In this document: positions 40,103 to 54,223 of the stretch, piece by piece
Numbering within the stretch: the stretch's first letter is position 1
Layout: the number at the start of each line of letters is the position of its first letter
NCBI RefSeq assembly: GCF_006345805.1
Contig: NC_043018.1
Span: 3,348,001 to 3,412,000, forward strand
Length of the DNA stretch: 64,000 nucleotides
Origin: Octopus sinensis
Taxonomy: Eukaryota
Reading direction: 5' to 3'
Translations under genes and position numbers: made by a program
Notes under the pieces: model-generated
The model's input: the letters and a program-made list of their open reading frames with translations, nothing else
The model's database searches: none
What the model was told of the DNA's origin: nothing

Positions 40103-40521
40103 CATCATCATTGTTCGACCGTGGTCGAGACAATGGAATTTACCATGCTACGCCAGACTTCACGGTCCATCATAGCATTACGGAGGTCCTGTTGTTGGAT
40201 GCCTGTATCCCTGGAGATTACATCAGGGTAGGAGAGTGTGCGCCCTCTGGTATCGCGAGTAGATGGCTTCCAGAGGAGGAGAGTAGAAATTACCTCGTTT
40301 TCAGCTCTACAACAATGTCCAGCAAACTGGACCCTCCTACCTTTCACAAGAGATGACACAGGTGGTAGTTTCCCATATATTTGCATTTTGGTTGGATGAT
40401 GCTTCCACGAGAGATTTTGAGCTCTCATAAGGAGGCGAGTGTAGGTTCCATCCAACCGCCTCTCAAGCTTCTTTGATAACGTCCAGGTTTCTGAGCCATA
40501 TAGTAGAATTGGATCGACTGT
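40103..40521 (-). mobile_element. RTE-clade LINE 3' end (5'-truncated), open ORF to stop, (TGA)n tail
   Basis: PILLYGSETWTL...LDGTYTRLL...SWKHH...RRVQFAGHC.R...DREVWR; probable TSD ggatagat (40095-40102 and 40522-40529). Confidence 0.9.
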
Positions 40522-40872
40522 GGATAGATAGAGGATGGATAGAGAAGTGGAGCATACGATGAATGGGAAAGTGATCGTCATAAATGAACAAACAACCAAA
40601 TGAAGGAGTGACCGAAAATAATGAAATTTGCACGTGCAATAATCCATGCTCATTTAAAGACCTGTCTGCAAATTAGAAGAGTTCATAAGACGATAACAAA
40701 GAAATTATCATTTCTGAGATGAAAGAGGATGATGCAGTTATTATACAGATAATGTTAGAATTAAAATTAAAATTATATATAATATATAACAAAATATTAT
40801 ATATATTCCTATGCAAAATATTATATATATTTCTAAGCAAAAAACAATTTTTTGTTATTTATTTTGAATCTG

Positions 40873-41101
40873 TACATAGCAATCGCTCGACTATCGCGAT
40901 TGTTACGTTCCAAAAGCTTCTGCGATAGGTGAAAATCCGCGAAGTAGAAACAGTACTATTCTGTATATCTTTTTTTATTATTTTTATTATTTGTATATAT
41001 ATCTATTTTATTATAAATGCAAAACTACACCACAGAGGAATCGACGTAAGCGCGTAATAAACCGCGATAGGTGAACCGCGATATGGTGAGGGATTACTGT
41101 A
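40873..41101. mobile_element. Tc1/mariner (Tigger/pogo-like) MITE
   Basis: Right end gagggattactgta, left end degenerate tacatagcaatcgctcg; internal cgcgatag repeats typical of this group. Confidence 0.65.
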
Positions 41102-42053
41102 TCGGGAAGAATAAGTACACAAATTATTTTGGATCAGTTATGATTTATTAAGATTTATTATGATTTATTGTGATTTATTATGAAGTTACTGAGAGAAATG
41201 ATAGTAAGTGAGAGTTAATAGGAATACCATCATGAACGATGTATTTCCGGTTAGAGATGAGTGACAGATACTCCAGAGGGCAGTGAACGTATATTTTCAT
41301 TCAAATATATATTTACTAGACATCTGTGAATGGAAATATACGGGGTCATATGTCAAGAGGTTACTCTCAGTTCTATTTGTTCCTTTCATTGTTATGAAGA
41401 ATTTTGTTGCATCGTGTTTGGCAAGTTCGTATGCATTCGGACATGGAAAGACAATACGCTGCATAAATTGTCTCGAGGGAAGGAATACTCCTTAGAGACA
41501 ATATCGACATAAACACAGCAGTTGGCAGCGAATGACGTCACGGGAGAGTAAAACGCGTGTATTTCTCCGTCGTGACAATCAATAGTCGGTCGCTTTGGAA
41601 TTGGAACAGCGAATGGCAAATGCGTGAAAAAGATTGGACTATCGATATCTGTATATGTGAGTATACATACATCCATTTGTATATGTATGCCTGCGTATAT
41701 ACGTATATGTGTGTATGTGTGTATGTGTGTATGTGTGTATGTGTGTATGAGTCTGTGTCTGTGCATGTGTGTTTATATGTATATGCATATGTTTATATAA
41801 TATACAAACACACTGTGACAAAAGCGAATAGACAACCCTCGTTGTATATCAACGTGTGTGTGTTTGTGCGTGTGTGTGTGTGCGTGTGTGTATGTTTGTG
41901 CGTGTGTGTGTGTGTGTGTGTGTGTAGCTTTATTTACAAGTATCTCTAGCTATGTGTATATATGTATGTGAATTAGTATACTTGCAGGATAGAAAATAGT
42001 TTTTGTCCAAATCCTGACTGCCTTTTTTAATTATATATACATACATACATACA

Positions 42054-42121
<68 letters not shown>

Positions 42122-42141
42122 TATATATATGTATATATATA

Positions 42142-42207
<66 letters not shown>

Positions 42208-42505
42208 CCGGCTTCTTTTCAGTTTCCTTCTTTCAGCTTCATTTCTTTGTTTGCCAGGAGCCATAGTAGAAGACACTTGCCCGAGGTGCTGCGCAGTGGG
42301 ATAGAGCCTGGAACCATGTTGTTGGGAAGCAAGCTTCTTACTTTACGCAACTCACGCAAACATAAGCATAAACAAATGACCCGCTACACACACACACACC
42401 ACACACACACACACACACCGTAACATAAATGTGGTATCATATCTGTTTAGACGCACAGAAATGTACAAACTTTCACATACACATACACATACACACTCAC
42501 ACACA

Positions 42506-42583
<78 letters not shown>

Positions 42584-42981
42584 TATAATATTATCACATA
42601 TATATACATACATATATATATACTGCCGCAAATATTCCAACCTATGCTGATGTGTATGTTCGTATGTGTGTGTTTGTGCATGTTGTCCAAGAACATATCG
42701 ATTAGACATATCTATCTATTTTCTACGCAATTCCAGACGTTTTCCAATACTTCAACTACCACCGCCACCACCACCACCATCTTCACCACCGCCACCAACA
42801 TCTTCACCACTGCCAACGCCAACACTCCAAGGAATACCACCATCACTACCACAACTACTACGACCACTATAATTCAATCGTCACAAACTGCCAACGGCAA
42901 TTCAATTCCGTTTCCTATTACTATGTGTACAACTCTGTTTCTGCATGCATGGGCGTGTATATTCACGAGTGTGAGCGTGTC

Positions 42982-43480
42982 ATTATCATCATCATCGTCG
43001 TCGTCGTCGTCGTCATCGTCGTCATCATCCCCATCATCATCATCATCATTCGACGTCCATGCGTTCCAGGGTCAATCGGATTTTCGTTGAGGTTCATTGT
43101 TTACGGCTGAAAACCTTTCCTATCGCCAACATCCACTTGTTTCCAAGCAAGATAGTATTTCCCATCAGCTTGGCGGCGAGCTGGCAGAAACGTTTGCATG
43201 CCGGGCGCTATGCTTAGCGGTGTTTCGTCTGTCTTAATGTTCTGAGTTCAAATTCCGCCGAGGTCGACTTTGCCTTTTATCCTTTCGGGGTCGATAAATT
43301 AAGTACCAATTTCATACCGGGGTCGATCTAATCGACTGGCCCTCTCTCCAAAAATTTTGGGCCTTGTGCCTTGAGTAGAAAATAATATTTTCCATCAGCT
43401 TAACGTGTTTTAAACAGCAAACTAGAAAGCAACTACATCGCTTCTTTAATGGTAGTGCTGTACCCTTACAACCATCTCTG
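42982..43480 (-). mobile_element. Family-4 repeat interrupted by a family-1 SINE
   Basis: (CAT/CGT)n tail and cctttcctatcgccaac motif; continues after the SINE. Confidence 0.5.
43172..43385 (+). mobile_element. SINE family 1 with 16-bp TSD
   Basis: tattt(c/t)ccatcagctt at 43156-43171 and 43386-43401. Confidence 0.9.
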
Positions 43481-44385
43481 GATGTCTAGACAAGGGTAGA
43501 ACTTCTTTAGTTTCTCTCTTCTAAATCACTGACAAAGCATTAGTACGTCCGGAAGTATAGTCGAAAATATTTGCCCGAGGTGCCGCGCACTGGGACAGAA
43601 CCAAAGTCCACATGTTTATGAATTAAGCTTCTCAATTATAGATCCACGCACTTTGGTCGCCAGGTCGCGGGATCATTTACAGGACCTGGCAGGGTGTTGT
43701 GTTCTTGGGCAAAACACTTCGTTTCACGTTGGTCTGGTGCTGTGAGGGGACCAGCTTGTTGAAGAATAGATCCACCGTCTCCCACTCCATGTCTGCATGC
43801 TGTAAAAGGCGACTACGAAAAGGTTTACTTGGGATTTGCACACCAACCCCTTGAAACACTCAACAAGAATGTCTACCCAGCTAAACCGTCAGGGGTAGGG
43901 AATCACCATCAAATGCTGGATACAATACAGTGAAGCACTGTTATAGCGCCTGGTCAAATACTACTACTACTACTACTACACTACTACTACTATTAATCAG
44001 GCAATTAAATTAGCACAACCCCATTACTTATAGTATTTACTGTGCCAAATCTTGGAGCATAAAATCTCACAGGACGAATTTTGGTGGATTTGAGATCAAA
44101 ACCATTCGATTCGCAAGTCAATGTAGCACGATGCTTTCGTCTGCCGTCTTCCTGATTCTTCTATCTACTCATACCCTCAGCTATATATAGGAATTATTGG
44201 TTCAAAGAAGAATAAAGTAATTGGGTTAAAACATTATGTCTGATTTTTTTTTTACGTTGCCGATTGCTGAAAGTTCACCAATCAATCAATCACTCAATAT
44301 ATCTATATAGATGTGTGTGTGTGAGAATATGCGTGTGTGAGTGTGTGTGCGTTAATTCCTGTGTAGGTTGTACTATATATACTGA

Positions 44386-46075
44386 GAATGAATGTTTTTA
44401 TATATAATGAACGTGAAATACAGGAAGGGACGAACACGGAACCAGACAAATCATTCGAAGCCTTCAATCTTCAGTCAGACAAGACCGAATCATCAGCAAA
44501 TTTCGGCTGTTCAATTCTGATATTTGCTCCAACATTCGGCCAGCCCCAAGAAAAAAAACTAAGCTGTAAGCATATGATTTTCTTGGTAAAGACAGGAATG
44601 TGAACGCACAAGACGGATGTGAATACAAGAGACGAAAACGAAATTGAAAACAGTAATGAAAAAACAAAACTATATAACGGTGTTTGTCATACGCACTTTA
44701 TAGACCAAAGGAGACAAAACAACAACAACATAGCAGCTGGCGGTAGAAATTAATTACCGTTTCGGTAGCGGTGACACATGTTGGTCGAGATACGAAGGCC
44801 AACAGAATGGTTGAAGAGCAGCAGGTCACAGGAGAGAAGAGAAGAGAGACAGAGAGAGAGGGAATCAAAGAGGGTGGAAGGCAGGGGACAGAATCAGTGA
44901 CCAGAGAGGAGAAAGAAGGATTAAGGAGATTGGAGGAAGAGAGGGGAAGAATCGAGGGCGCCAAAAAGTTTGGGGAAGAAGCAATGGCGGTAGTAAAACA
45001 GTGTGTATAGAAGTCGTGCAGGGTTTAAAATTGGACAAAAAAACGGGGGGGTGCACGTAACGCCGCATAATATAAGAATGAATGTTTTTATATATAATAA
45101 CGTGAAATACAGGAAGGGACGAACACGGAAACACAACAAATCATTCAAGCCTTCATCTTCAGTCAGACACCGAATCATCATAGCAATTTCGGCTGTTCAA
45201 TTCTGATATTTGCTCCAACTCGGCCAGCCCCAAGAAAAAAAACTAAGCTGTAAGCATTAGATTCTTGGTAAAAGACAGGAATGTGAACGCACAAGACGGA
45301 TGTGAATACAAGAGACGAAAACGAAATTGAAAACAGTAATGAAAAAACAACAAACATATATAACGGTGGTTGTCATACTACTTTAGACCAAATGAGACAA
45401 AACAACAACAACTAAGCAGCCTGGCGTAGAAATAATTACCGTTTCGGTAGCGGGACACATGTTGGTCGAGATACGAAGGCCAACAGAATGGTTGAAGAAG
45501 CAGCAGGTCAACAGGAGAGAGAGAAGGAAGACAGAGAGAGAGGGAATCAAAGAGGGTGAAGCAGGGGACAGAATCAGTGACCAAGAGAGGAGAAAGAAGG
45601 ATTAAGGAGGATGGGAGGAAGAGAGGGGAAATCGGATGGCGCCAAAAAGTTTTGGTGAAGAGCAATGGCGGGTAGTAAAAGACAGTGTGTATAGAAGTCG
45701 TGCAGGGTTTAAAATTGGACAACAAACGGGGGGGTGCACGTAACGCCGCAATAATATAATAATGAATGTTTTTATATATATAATGAACGTGAAATACAGG
45801 AGGGACGAACACGACCACAGACAAATCATTCGAAGCCTTCAATCTTCAGTCAGACACCGAATCATCATAGCAAATTTCGGCTGTTCAATTCTGATATTTG
45901 CTCCAACTCGGCAGCCCCAAGAAAAAAAACTAAGCTGTAAGCATTATATTTCTTGGTAGAAGACAGGAATGTGAACGCACAAGACGGATGTGAATACAGA
46001 GACGAAAACGAAATTGAAAACAGTAATGAAAAAACAAAACATATATAACGGTGGTTGTCATACGACTTTAGACCA
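44386..46075. repeat. Tandem array of a ~690-bp unit (about 2.45 copies)
   Basis: Unit starts gaatgaatgttttta at 44386, 45076 and ~45760; copies differ mostly by indels; GA-rich segment; ends at (TA)n. Confidence 0.9.
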
Positions 46076-46787
46076 AATATATATATATAATTTAATATAT
46101 ATTATACATAAAATATACTATATATATTTTTTTGTGTGGTGTGTGTGTGCGTGTGTGTGTATATATATATATAGACATATTTTTATATAATGTATATATA
46201 CATATATGTAGATATATGTATGTATATGTATGCGAGTATAATATATATATATATATGTATATATATATAATATATACATATATACATATGAATACATACA
46301 AATATATACATATATATATGCATACCGTACCTACTATATATATATATATATATATATATGCATGCATACATACATATATATATGCATACATACTTACATA
46401 TATATGCATATGTATATATATATATATATATATATACATGCTCTGTCCTAAAGAAATAAAACGTATATTAAGAAATCTCTACGGCTGTAATGACGCAGAT
46501 ATGTGTGTATTTTGTTAAGTATACACGTACATATGTATGTATGTGTGTGCGTGCGTTTTTGCATGCGTGTATGAATGTATGCATGTATATATGTATGTTC
46601 ATACATTGCCTCTTTATGTCCGTATATGAATATCATGCAAATAGGTGATCAATATGGTGCATTCGAGGAAGTTCAATAACTCATCATGATCTTTCGGTAT
46701 CCGATCAATATGTGTCACTACTTTTTCCACAGATTCTCTCTCTTTCTCCTTCTCTATCCCCACCCCTCCCTCACTCTCCTTCCCTCC

Positions 46788-46818
<31 letters not shown>

Positions 46819-47078
46819 TCTCTCGTTGTGTCTCTTTCTCTCACTCTATCGTTTTGGCTTATTTTTCGTTGCCCTAATTTTCTCTGCTCTCATATGTGTC
46901 TTCATATATATACTCACATACACACGCACACACACATACTAGCAGACCCATATATGTATTTATATATATATATACTTATATACATATATATATACACACA
47001 CATACGTGTATACCATCATATATATATAATATATTACATATTATATATATATATTATATATAATATATATATATATAT

Positions 47079-47111
<33 letters not shown>

Positions 47112-47361
47112 ACATATATACACATATAAATATACATATATATGTATGTGTATGTGTGCGTAATATATATAATATATATGTATATATACATATTTATATG
47201 TAAGCTTTACCAAGTTTATCAGCACTCAACCCTACACGCATACTAAAACCTTATGTTTTGCAATATTTCTTCCCCTCCAGTGTATACACATTCATTCCTC
47301 TCCTTTTCACTTCCTCTACCACGTTTACTCTTTCACTCTGCGCTGATTTATGATTTATACA

Positions 47362-47847
47362 CACGTTTCCAAAGGTGAATTATTCAAACCCCAAAGAATC
47401 CCTCTCAACACACGGCTATGATGCTCCCCCACTAATTCTGCTCGTGATCAGAGATGCATGTATCGTCAATCACTAAGGGACATGGTCAACTGGTTAAGGT
47501 CAAACAACTGACAAGCAAATCTGTGGTATTGAGCAGAATATTTGCTGTAGCCCATCTTTTATACCAAGACAAAACAATGTACATGATAACACTTCCAATC
47601 AGTTAAGATCAGAAGCCACGAGAGCCACTGCTTGGTATTGCATCAAGGTATTATTATTGTTGTTGTTGTTGTTGTTATCATCATTATACGAAAACTCACA
47701 GCTTATTTTGCTGGCTATGATGGAAAATGCGACAGCAATATGACATCAAAGTGACACTGGCGAACAAACATTCGAAGCCCAGTATACCCATTCTGACTAC
47801 CCGTCTGATAAGGGTACACCAGGCACATGCATCAGAAACCATATGTG
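47362..47847. mobile_element. ~560-bp repeat, two truncated head-to-tail pieces around (ATT/GTT)n
   Basis: 47362-47649 matches the distal half and 47740-47847 the proximal start of 11000-11556. Confidence 0.75.
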
Positions 47848-48601
47848 AAAAAAGTAGAAACATTGTCATCTTTGTTGAAGCGCAGAATTCCAACTTCTTA
47901 TTACTTAATCGACACTTTAGATTAACCTTATGATGTAAAAACATAACGACTTTAAAACATTAAAAACCTTTCAAACCTAAAGTATTCCCAAATATGGGGA
48001 AAGTAATAATATTCGTCAATAAAGAATTTGGCATACGAGAAACCAGTTTTGGAATCAACATTCACACTAGCCTGCGTTGTTTCAATATATTTCAGAAACT
48101 ACACCGGGGTTTGTGATAAATAAGGATTTGGGATTCTTGTACAATTCCCCCCCCCTTAGTACATTCATGCAATTGTTTAAAGTTACTTTAATTATTGGCT
48201 AATCTCATTTGTAATATTTAACTGCTGAATTCAGAACTTTCTATTAATTAACCAATTTATTTGGTTTCATTAAACTCAAATTACTGTAATCAGCTTTCTT
48301 ACAAATTGTTTATTAGTCCGTCTGATCGAACTGAATTTGTGATATCTTACCTTAATAATCATCCCAGCTTCTACAATGTTATATATCTATTCATTCTCAC
48401 TTGTTACCTGCAATTTATTGCTGCTTTCAAAATTGCCTTTGGGGGTGTTGCTGTTACGAAATCGTGTTTAGTTACAATGTTTGGCACATTGGGCAACTAA
48501 TCTAATCTTGGAACGACCGATACCTTGTGAGTGTGAATTTGGTAGGAGGGAACCGTCTGAAGCCTTCGTTTACATATGTGTGTGTGTGTGTGTGTGTGTG
48601 T

Positions 48602-48979
48602 GGTAAATGAAAGACAGAAGATTGAATATACGAGGATTTTTTTTATTAATCACGACAATCGTTACGACGCATCTAGTATTGATCCCTCACGGGTGGGACA
48701 CTTAATAGGGGCATCCAGTGGTTCAGATGTGACTCGTTGGGTGATAAACAGACACAACTCGTTAAAATAACAGTTCCGCAAGGTATCTTCTCATTTCGTA
48801 GAAAGGAAAGCAGCAAAAAGAAGGAAGTATCTTCATTTAGACAGAAAATCAAAAATAAAATCAGAGATGCAAAGAAAGAAACGAACAAGAAACAGCAAAA
48901 AAAGTATTAAAAATAAACGTTAACAAATATGGATGAATAAACGCCCTCGTGCAAGCTGAATGGCGCGAATACACTCGCT

Positions 48980-48982
<3 letters not shown>
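48602..48982 (-). mobile_element. Hammerhead-bearing repeat, copy 2, inside (TG)n
   Basis: Collinear with 28906-29300; hammerhead at 48646-48747; (TG)n on both sides. Confidence 0.75.
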
Positions 48983-49014
<32 letters not shown>

Positions 49015-49017
<3 letters not shown>

Positions 49018-49160
49018 GTCGCATGGCTCAGTGGTTAAAGCGTCGGTTTCACAATCTTGTTATAGCGAGTTCGCTTCCCCGACCGGGTTGTGTATCGTAT
49101 TCTTGTGCAAGGCACTTTATTCCACGTTGCTCCAGTTCACTCACCTGTGGAAATGAGTAG
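49015..49160 (+). mobile_element. tRNA-derived SINE family 3
   Basis: tggctcagtggttaaagcg...gagttcgcttcccc head followed by tattcttgtgcaaggcactttattccacgttgctccagttcac. Confidence 0.7.
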
Positions 49161-49381
49161 AAATGCTGTATCGGCTTTTGCTTTTCCCTGTCAAAGAACG
49201 ATTACATTTTGGTAATGGAATTTTTCCTTGCCAGGTCGTACTATCCATATTTTATGATTGTATTATCTTAATTTCATGTGATATACCCACGGACAACTTT
49301 AACTGGTCATAACCAAAATGCAAGAACAATATGCCTAGGACGGCTCCGCATATCTAGTGGGACATCCCTTTTTTCATGCAT

Positions 49382-49489
49382 GTACCTGATGTGACACAAA
49401 CTGCACAGATTGATGCAACAAATTAGATGCACAATGTGCAACCCATAACAGTTGCAGCCTGGGTCGAAACGATCGTCGTACCGAATAAA
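49382..49489 (+). ncRNA. Type-I hammerhead with long branched stem II, followed by AATAAA
   Basis: GTAC-CTGATGT-GACAC-[~63 nt, two hairpins]-GGGTC-GAAAC-GATC-GTC/GTAC-CG-AATAAA; stem III ACGATCGT is a perfect palindrome. Confidence 0.65.
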
Positions 49490-49790
49490 GAAGACTCGCG
49501 CTAAATCTATCTTCTGTTTCCTTCATCAATTATTATTATTTCAACTAACATTACGCAATTCCTGATGTAGATCCAGTGGAAATATATTCCAACCGTGGCT
49601 GACACCAGATAGCCCAAACTGTGAACGTGCTTTGCTCAACACATTAATTCACATATACCCATTTGTCCAAAGACTTGCACATATATATGAGTATGTGTGT
49701 GCGTGTACATGCATATATTATATACACACACATCACACGTATGTATATATCATACTTATATACATACACACACATATATATGTATGTATG

Positions 49791-49857
<67 letters not shown>

Positions 49858-49858
49858 C

Positions 49859-49895
<37 letters not shown>

Positions 49896-50263
49896 AGAGA
49901 TGTATATTCATGCTTATACATTTATCCATGTATACATACATATGCAGTCATTGAACCAATAAAATAATTTGCGGCAGGGGATTAAAGAATTAAAGTTTTC
50001 CACCTAATGGCTTTTAACCGTCGTGCTCATTGAAAGAAACATATAAACAAACGCGAGATCTTTTAAATGGTATCCCTGGGGGCACGGCATAACGATGGTC
50101 AAAATTACGGCGTAAATGAGCCTTAATGGCAAAAGCCAATAATATTTCGATCGAATAGAAGAAAATTCTTTTGTTCATAGACGTGTATGTATATTTGTAT
50201 ATGTGTACTACATGTTACAACACACACACACACACAACACTCACAGATATGCATGCGTTTGTG

Positions 50264-50305
<42 letters not shown>

Positions 50306-50425
50306 ATCTATACATACATACATACATATATATATATATACGTACATACATACATATATATATATATACATATTATTATATATATATATATACTATATAT
50401 ATATAGATATATATATATATATAAT

Positions 50426-50458
<33 letters not shown>

Positions 50459-50471
50459 GCATACACACATG

Positions 50472-50623
50472 CATGGCTGCGAGGTAAGAAGCTTGCTTCT
50501 TAACCACACGGTTTCGGGTTCAGTCGCACTACGTGACAACTCGGGCAAGTGTCTTGTATTATGGCTTGGACCGACCAAAACCTTGTGAGTGGATGTGTTG
50601 GACGGAAACTGATAGAAGCCTGC

Positions 50624-50676
<53 letters not shown>

Positions 50677-50935
50677 GCTTATATATTCATGTGTGTGTGT
50701 GTGTGTGTCTTTGTGCCTATGTTTGTCCCCCACCCCCACCCGTACCATCTCTTGACAACCGATGGTGATGGGTTTGCGTCCACGTAGCTTGGCAATTCGG
50801 CAGATGAGATCGATAGAAAAAGTACAAGGCTTACAAAGAATAAGTTCTGGGTCGATTTCCTCGACTAAAACCGTTTCAGGCGGTGCTCCAGTATGGCCAC
50901 AATCAAATGACTGAAACAAGTAAAAGAATAAAATA
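50472..50935 (+). mobile_element. SINE family 2 with expanded internal (TA)n(TG)n
   Basis: Head tggctgcgaggtaagaagc..., core gggcaagtgtctt, tail tgactgaaacaagtaaaagaataaaa. Confidence 0.85.
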
Positions 50936-50949
50936 ATAACAGAATATAT

Positions 50950-50997
<48 letters not shown>

Positions 50998-51321
50998 GAT
51001 GCTTGTATATATACATATCTGCATTTGAATATCGATCGATTTCTGCCTCTCTTTCTCTCTCTTTCTATATCTATCTATCTTTCATATTGTTCATCTTTTC
51101 AATCGCGTGCAGCACTTATACCTTTCCCGTGTGTTAATTATTCCCTCGGCATCGTTTACTGAATCGCTAATTTATGGTGACGTAAGCAAACCAATACTGG
51201 TTGTGAAGCGGCAGTGGACCTACTCAAACACAAAGACACAGAAGCGCGCACAACCACACATATCTGTGTATACATACATACAAACAAACATACATGCATA
51301 CATACATACGTACATACATTC

Positions 51322-51372
<51 letters not shown>

Positions 51373-51413
51373 GATCAATAAATGGTGGGGTTGTGTTGAC
51401 CGCACGTGGAGAA

Positions 51414-51473
<60 letters not shown>

Positions 51474-51478
51474 ATATA

Positions 51479-51528
<50 letters not shown>

Positions 51529-51794
51529 ATATAATGTATATATATATATATTATATATAATATTACACATGTGCACATATCTATATGCATATGCTTATAT
51601 ATATATATATATAAATAATAAATATTAGGGAATATATCCAAATTTACAGGGAAAAAAAATCAGATTTAGGATTAAATCCAATTTTATAGTAAAATATTAT
51701 AAAATATTATTTGAGACAAACCACTATTTTGCAAAACAAACAAGGAAAGACTTAATCAATCCATAAAATTTAATAAATAGTCAAAAAAAAACCG

Positions 51795-51837
51795 CCACTA
51801 CAATCGTTTTCTTGTCTTGATCGACATCTTCAGGTGG
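51795..51837 (-). ncRNA. Minimal type-I hammerhead ribozyme in the 3' pLTR
   Basis: CCAC-CTGAAGA-TGTC(GATCAA)GACAA-GAAAA-CGATTG-TA/GTGG. Confidence 0.8.
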
Positions 51838-54183
51838 ACTTCCAATCTAAAAATCAAAATTTTAAATATAAAATAATACTTTTAAATAATTAAAGTATAA
51901 ATGAAAAAAATATAAGTATATAATCCATATATAACCTATATATAATCCATATCGAAAATATAGACTAATTACCACGAATTCCCTAAAAAAACCATGATAA
52001 AACAAAACTCTTAAAAACATATAACGATAAAATCTCCCTTTGCTAAACTCTATAACAAACCTATAAAGTAAACCCCCTAACCTAAACATTCACACACAAA
52101 TACACACACGTAAACCACAGACTCACGACTTATACACATACCTATACTAACTTATAAACCTCAATATAACCACCAAAACCCACTCCCTCCCCACACAGAC
52201 AAATTAACACATACATCCCAAAACCTAAATAACAAACCCATATACACATTCACACACAAAACACACACTCACACGCAAAACACTCACACACACAAAAGAT
52301 ACATATACTCCTCACATATACGCCTATACATACTCACTAACTCGACCATATACACAATACTTACACACCCACAAAAACATTATATACATTTATGAGCTTT
52401 AACTCACCTTAGCATCTCTAACAAACAACTTGCAGTAACCCAATCCCATTCTCTATGCCTTACCTCACTACTACACTATTCCATTCACATTCCAAGCACG
52501 CTAGTCCACCACCCGGTTATTCACGTGGCAAAACGAACACCACTCAAAAATTATGAATGAAACAATGTAAAAAAATAACAACACCTAAAATAGACAAAAT
52601 ACCACGAATTACCTAAAAAAAACATGATAAACCAAAACTCATAAAAACATATAACGATAAAATCTCCCTTTGCTAAACCCTATAACAAACTTATATAGCA
52701 ATCCTCCTAACCTAAACATTCACACACAAAAAAAACCCACACGTAAACCACAGACCCAAGACTTATACACAAACCTATACTAACTTATAAACCTCAATAT
52801 ACACCAAAAACCACTCCCTCCCCACACAGACAAATTAACACATACATCCCAAATCCTAAATAACAAACCCAAATACACATTCACACACAAAACACACACA
52901 CACCGCAAAACACACACACAACAGATACATATGCTCCCTCACATATACGCATATACATACTCACTAAAACTCGATATATACAACATATTTACACCCACAC
53001 TCAAACAGATAAATAATTAATTATACAATTAAAAACTCACAACCAATCTCATATACATAAACACTCTTATGAAACAACAATAAATACATCGTAATTAACC
53101 AGAATATCAAAAATAACATTATGACATAAGGATAAATCAATACATACTTACATTCAGTTACAAATTATGAAGTGAAATTAGATTCTTAGCCGTTAAAAAC
53201 CAACAAAATTACGTTACCATGGAATATACTAATGTAAAAAAAGAATACGCGCCATAGAAAGTAACGTCATTCATAGTATGAATGGAGAAATATAATAAAT
53301 GGAACTAAAAACTATTTCCACGTAGCACCACGCTACTTAAAAAAATTTATTATGAATGGATTCTTTAAAACTATCATGAAAAATCAAATATATACATTTA
53401 TGAGCTTTAGCTCACCCTAGCAACTCTAACAAACAACTTACAGTAACCCATACTCACATGCCTACCTCATTACCACCCTAATCCATTCACAATTCCAAGC
53501 AACACTAGTCCACCACCCGGTTACAATTCCCAACTCTACCCATTCATTCACAATTTCAACGACGTTCCCTTTCAACAACTCTACATATAAGCCTCAACAT
53601 ATACACCGAGATACACTTACACATCCGTGCGGATGGGTGAGAGTATACATTAAGTGTAGTGATGGGCTCCCATTTCTAAACACATTTGTACCTGTGTGGT
53701 AGTCTCCATGTGTATATTCACGCACGGGTATAAATACAGGGGGTACACGCTCACTTCATTTACGTGTACCCCTCACATGTACATATGCATACTATTTTGG
53801 CTCGATATATGCAACAATGTAATCACGCCCGTATGTGTGAGCATTCACTGGTTGTGCAATTCACCCATCTGGGTGTGATTGTGTGTAAACTTATCACTGT
53901 GGAGGTCGAGCTTGATACGTATATATTAGTGTGTATTAGGGGTTGTACGTACTAATTATGTTCATGTGCTTCACGCACTTGCGTCCATGTATGGAAAATA
54001 TATTGGGATTACTATGTAGGTGTAAATAGGGTATGGGGGAGTTTTGTCATTGTATGGGTGTGGGTTTCATTTGTGATGGTGGTTAGTTGGTGATTATTAG
54101 TATGTTCTGTATATTAGGGCTAGTATGTATTATTCAAGTGTGTATAATTGTATACATATAATTGGTGTGAATGGGATTTACTC

Positions 54184-54223
<40 letters not shown>

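Noticed and set aside
42644-43090. Thr/Ser-rich mucin-like ORF
   Set aside because: Made of (ACC)n and (CAT/CGT)n repeats, including a SINE tail
44440-44500. Hammerhead in the 690-bp unit (CTGAAGA...TTCGAAT; CTGATGA in one copy)
   Set aside because: GAAA is GAAT in all copies, stem I cannot form, and CTGATGA is absent from the other copies
49015-49085. tRNA gene
   Set aside because: tRNA-like SINE head continuing into CORE-like sequence; no full cloverleaf
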